From an uncultured Pelagibacteraceae bacterium (GTDB lineage Bacteria; Pseudomonadota; Alphaproteobacteria; Pelagibacterales; Pelagibacteraceae), in the NCBI GenBank assembly GCA_902537895.1, contig CACBCU010000001.1, forward strand, positions 55,087-119,086: a stretch of DNA of 64,000 nucleotides, read 5' to 3'. Position 1 is the first letter of the stretch, and every line of letters starts with the position of its first letter. The translations under genes and the position numbers were made by a program. Shown here one piece after another: positions 60,595 to 64,000 of the stretch. The notes under the pieces were generated by a model. That model saw only the letters and a program-made list of their open reading frames with translations, made no database searches and was not told the origin of the DNA.

Positions 60595-61541
60595 ATTTTT
60601 TTATTATACAATATCGTCTTTAACAAATTGATCATCAAAGGTATCTTTTTTTTATTAATTTTTTTTAAAATATAAGGAGCAATTTCTCTAGCCAATTGCT
60701 CACCCTCGACTGTATCTTTTGGCATAAACTTTTTTTTAGCTGCTGTAAATGTAAAACCTTTACCTAAAAAATCTCCCATTTTACTATTTCTTCCTCCCAC
60801 AGCACTCACATAGAGATCACCAATTCCAGCAAGACCTAATATAGTTGACTGATCGCCTTTAAAATATTTAATCAAAAATTTCATCTCATTTACACTTTTT
60901 TGAAATAAATCTGATGCAGCATTTAAATTTTGACCTGAGCCTATAACCATTGCATAAATATTCTTAATTGCTGAGCAAATTTCTACTCCAATAATATCTT
61001 TTGAAAATTCAGTCAGATAATATTTTGTTGATATCTGTTTTCCAATCCATTTAGCTATTTTGATATTCTTATTTGCTATTACTACGCTTGTCTTATTTTT
61101 TCTTGCTAATTCTTTAGCCAGACAAGGTCCTTTTAAAACTGATACATTTGCAACATTATAATTATTTTTGAGTAACCCTGAAATAGTCAAGAGTTTTTTT
61201 CTTTTTTTATCATATTTTAGTCCTTTAGTAAGAACTAGTAATGGTGTTTTTATTTTTAAGTCTTTCAACTCTTTTCCAATAAAATCAATTCCAGCAAGAC
61301 TTAAGGCCATAACAATTAAATCAAATTTTTCCTTTAAAATATCTTTTGAATATTTTTTATACTGTAACTTTTTTGGAAGATTAAGTTTTAGTGAGGAGTG
61401 AAATTTTTGCTTTGATGATAAGTTTTTAATAAAAGTTTTATTATATGGTTCTGTAATAGTAACTTTATTATTATTTTCCAAACACGGAACTGAAAAGGCA
61501 GAACCCATTGCACCACCACCAATGATTAATATTTTTTTCAT
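60591..61541 (-). CDS. NAD(P)-dependent glycerol-3-phosphate dehydrogenase family (divergent GpsA-like)
   Basis: IGGGAMGSA, LTKGL, GPCLAKEL, AIKNIYA, GIGDL..GGRN, TVEG. Confidence 0.8.
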   Translation of the reverse strand: MKKILIIGGGAMGSAFSVPCLENNNKVTITEPYNKTFIKNLSSKQKFHSSLKLNLPKKLQYKKYSKDILKEKFDLIVMALSLAGIDFIGKELKDLKIKTPLLVLTKGLKYDKKRKKLLTISGLLKNNYNVANVSVLKGPCLAKELARKNKTSVVIANKNIKIAKWIGKQISTKYYLTEFSKDIIGVEICSAIKNIYAMVIGSGQNLNAASDLFQKSVNEMKFLIKYFKGDQSTILGLAGIGDLYVSAVGGRNSKMGDFLGKGFTFTAAKKKFMPKDTVEGEQLAREIAPYILKKINKKKIPLMINLLKTILYNKKI

Positions 61542-61607
61542 ATAGTTTTTCTTTGTATAAATATTAATATAGGTTTATTTATAGTTTGAATATAAAAAAA
61601 ATTTAAA

Positions 61608-62729
61608 ATGCAAAATCTCAAATGGAAATACTCCAAATTTTTGTTAAATAAAAACTTTCAATTTAGTAGAAACTATGTCCTAAAATATTTACCATCAAAT
61701 TTATTAGTCAATTCTCACAAAAGTATATCTAAATGGAAAGGATATAGTCCAACTCCATTATTAAAGTTAAATAAATTAAATAAAAAACTTCAGCTTAAGA
61801 ATATATTTTATAAAGACGAATCGAAACGATTTCACTTAAAATCCTTTAAAGCACTTGGTGGTGCTTATGCGGTAGAAAAAATTTCAAAGAAAGCTAACAA
61901 AATAATTGTTTCATCAGCAACAGCTGGTAATCATGGGAGATCTGTAGCATGGGGAGCAAAAAGACTAAAATTGCAGTGTAAAATTTTTGTTAGTCAATAC
62001 GTGAGTGAATCAAGAGTAAAAGAAATTAAAAAATTTGGCGCTGAAGTAATAAGAGTAAGAGGAAATTATGAGGCATCATTAAAAGAATGCCAATTATTAT
62101 CCAAAAAAAATAATTGGAAAATTATTCAAGATGTATCAACAAATAATTATAAATACATTCCTCAATTAACAATGGCTGGATACTCTATTTTAATCAAAGA
62201 AATTTCTAAACAAACTAATCAATATATTACCCATATATTTCTTCAGGCAGGGGTTGGTGGTTTAGCTGCAGGGTTAGTTGCTGGAGTAGCAAAATATTTT
62301 AAAAGAATTCCAAAAATCATTATTGTTGAACCAGATAGAGCCGATTGCGTTCTTCAAAGTGTCAAAAATAACAAGTTAAAGAAAATAAAGATAAGAAAAG
62401 AGAGCATTATGGGTGGTATGTCTTGTAATGAAATGTCTCTTGTGCCCTGGCAAATATTAAAAAAAGCTAGTAATTGTTGTGTCTCAATTTCAGATAAAAA
62501 TGTTGCAAAAACAGTAGCTGGTTTAAAAGATAAAAAGTTCAGCAAAACTTCAATTGTAGGTGGTGAATGCGCTACTCCAGGGATTATTGCTTTAATTGGA
62601 ATTTGCAACAACCAAAAAGCTAGAAGATTGATAAACCTTAATGAAAATTCAAATGTTTTAGTTATTGGATGCGAAGGTAATGCAGATGTTAAACTTTACA
62701 AACAACTGCTATCTAAGGGAAGAAAATAA
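61608..62729 (+). CDS. Diaminopropionate ammonia-lyase family PLP enzyme
   Basis: YSPTPL, KDESKRFHLKSFKALGG, ATAGNHGRSVAW, THIFLQAGVGGLA. Confidence 0.88.
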   Translation: MQNLKWKYSKFLLNKNFQFSRNYVLKYLPSNLLVNSHKSISKWKGYSPTPLLKLNKLNKKLQLKNIFYKDESKRFHLKSFKALGGAYAVEKISKKANKIIVSSATAGNHGRSVAWGAKRLKLQCKIFVSQYVSESRVKEIKKFGAEVIRVRGNYEASLKECQLLSKKNNWKIIQDVSTNNYKYIPQLTMAGYSILIKEISKQTNQYITHIFLQAGVGGLAAGLVAGVAKYFKRIPKIIIVEPDRADCVLQSVKNNKLKKIKIRKESIMGGMSCNEMSLVPWQILKKASNCCVSISDKNVAKTVAGLKDKKFSKTSIVGGECATPGIIALIGICNNQKARRLINLNENSNVLVIGCEGNADVKLYKQLLSKGRK

Positions 62730-62734
62730 TTTTT

Positions 62735-64000
62735 ATGACAAAAAACGCGATCACTTGGATAAGAGAGGATTTTAGAATTGAAAATAACCCTGCCCTTTCT
62801 TACGCAACCCAAAATCATGATAGCGTACTTGCCCTATACATTTACAACAAAAACGACTTTGATGCCAAAAGAGAGGCACAAAAATGGTGGCTTTCAAAAT
62901 CATTGGAAATCTTTAAGTCTGAATTATCTAAATTTAAGATCAATCTTCAAATATTAGCAGGTGATGAGCTAGATATATTTTCAAAGATTAAAAAAAAAGA
63001 CAATATTTCGATATATTGGAATAAAATTTATGAACCAGACGTAATTGCAAAAGGAAAAAAAATTAGAGATATCTTTGTTAAAAATCAGATTAATTACAAA
63101 TATTTTAAAGGAAATATTTTAAATGAGTTTCAAGAAGTAACTAAAAATGATGGAACACCTTTTAAAGTATTCACTCCATTTTGGAGAAATGCTGAACAAA
63201 AATTTTTAGGATCACCGCCGAGTAAAAATTATAGTATCAAAAAAAAAACAAAGTCATTATCATTCTTTAAAGGTTGTATAGAGCCAAAAGATATTCTTCC
63301 AAGAAAAAATTGGTATAAAAAGTTTGAAAAATATTGGAAGGTTTCTGAGGAAGAGTCTAAAAAAATTCTAAAAAATCTAATTGATGGCAAAATTAAAGAT
63401 TACGGAACTGCAAGAGATTATCCTTCTGTCGAGGGTACATCGAAATTGTCTCCTTATATCAAACATGGGCAAATTCACGTAAATACTATTTGGAAAAAGT
63501 GCAGTGAGATTAAATCGAAAGGAATTGGTTACAGAAAATATATTAATGAACTAGGTTGGCGTGAATTTTCACATAGTTTAATCAATTATTTTCCAGAATT
63601 TTTGAAAGGAAATTATAGAAAAGAATTTGATAAATTTCCCTGGGTCAAAAATGAAAAATTTTTAAAAGCATGGAAATCAGGTATGACGGGTTATCCGATT
63701 GTTGATGCTGGGATGAGAGAACTTTATGAAACTGGCTGGATGCATAACCGGATAAGAATGGTTGTGGGCTCGTTTCTGGTAAAACATTTAAGAATAAATT
63801 GGACTGAGGGAGAAAAACATTTTAGAAATTGTTTATTAGATTTTAATAAAGCTAATAATGTAGCTCAATGGCAATGGGTTGCTGGTTGTGGCGCTGATGC
63901 AGCTCCCTATTTCAGAATATTCAATCCTATCCTTCAAGGTGAAAAATTTGATAAAGAGGGAAAGTATGTAAAAAAATGGGTGCCAGAATTAAGTAAGGTT
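62735..64000 (+). CDS. phrB: Deoxyribodipyrimidine photolyase, class I CPD (partial, runs off window end)
   Basis: Manual translation: WIREDFRIENNPAL, FKVFTPFW, GTSKLSPY, TGYPIVDAGMRELYETGWMHNRIRM, QWQWVAGCGADAAPYFRIFNP. Confidence 0.93.
   Translation, partial: MTKNAITWIREDFRIENNPALSYATQNHDSVLALYIYNKNDFDAKREAQKWWLSKSLEIFKSELSKFKINLQILAGDELDIFSKIKKKDNISIYWNKIYEPDVIAKGKKIRDIFVKNQINYKYFKGNILNEFQEVTKNDGTPFKVFTPFWRNAEQKFLGSPPSKNYSIKKKTKSLSFFKGCIEPKDILPRKNWYKKFEKYWKVSEEESKKILKNLIDGKIKDYGTARDYPSVEGTSKLSPYIKHGQIHVNTIWKKCSEIKSKGIGYRKYINELGWREFSHSLINYFPEFLKGNYRKEFDKFPWVKNEKFLKAWKSGMTGYPIVDAGMRELYETGWMHNRIRMVVGSFLVKHLRINWTEGEKHFRNCLLDFNKANNVAQWQWVAGCGADAAPYFRIFNPILQGEKFDKEGKYVKKWVPELSKV

Noticed and set aside
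5045-62611. Many 60-106 aa ORFs nested in or antisense to long genes (e.g. 5045, 7041, 9427, 11323, 15511, 31588, 39201, 46054, 58509, 62354)
   Set aside because: Fully overlap confident CDSs; composition is typical of shadow frames

Overview
AT-rich, gene-dense bacterial window with very short intergenic spacers. Gene content and style fit a SAR11 / Candidatus Pelagibacter-like alphaproteobacterium (inference, no search run). It holds an organosulfonate block (tauABC-like ABC, class-III aminotransferase, ald, Ldh2/ComC-like, pta, hpsN-like), cysE-cysK, an array of tiny genes, and an Fe(III) ABC operon with tandem Fur-like boxes that runs into azlCD and a thioredoxin/cupredoxin module. It also holds a large methylated-amine/C1 oxidation region (two FAD/GcvT dehydrogenases, etfAB, ETF-QO, MetF-like, aminomethyltransferase, folE, fhs), purEK, a csp gene, a Liv-type ABC system and a truncated photolyase. 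No rRNA, tRNA, CRISPR or IS element was recognised by eye. The most unusual item is a standalone structured transcript at about 24097-24350. It has a perfect Shine-Dalgarno, an 8-codon ORF (MNQTPPDT-amber) whose frame stays open for 26 more codons, three hairpins and an upstream 25-bp inverted repeat. Also notable are five microproteins missed by the ORF track, a homopolymer-frameshifted methyltransferase, a minimal P-loop kinase plus HxGH nucleotidyltransferase pair, and a TauC with a roughly 380-aa extracytoplasmic insert.
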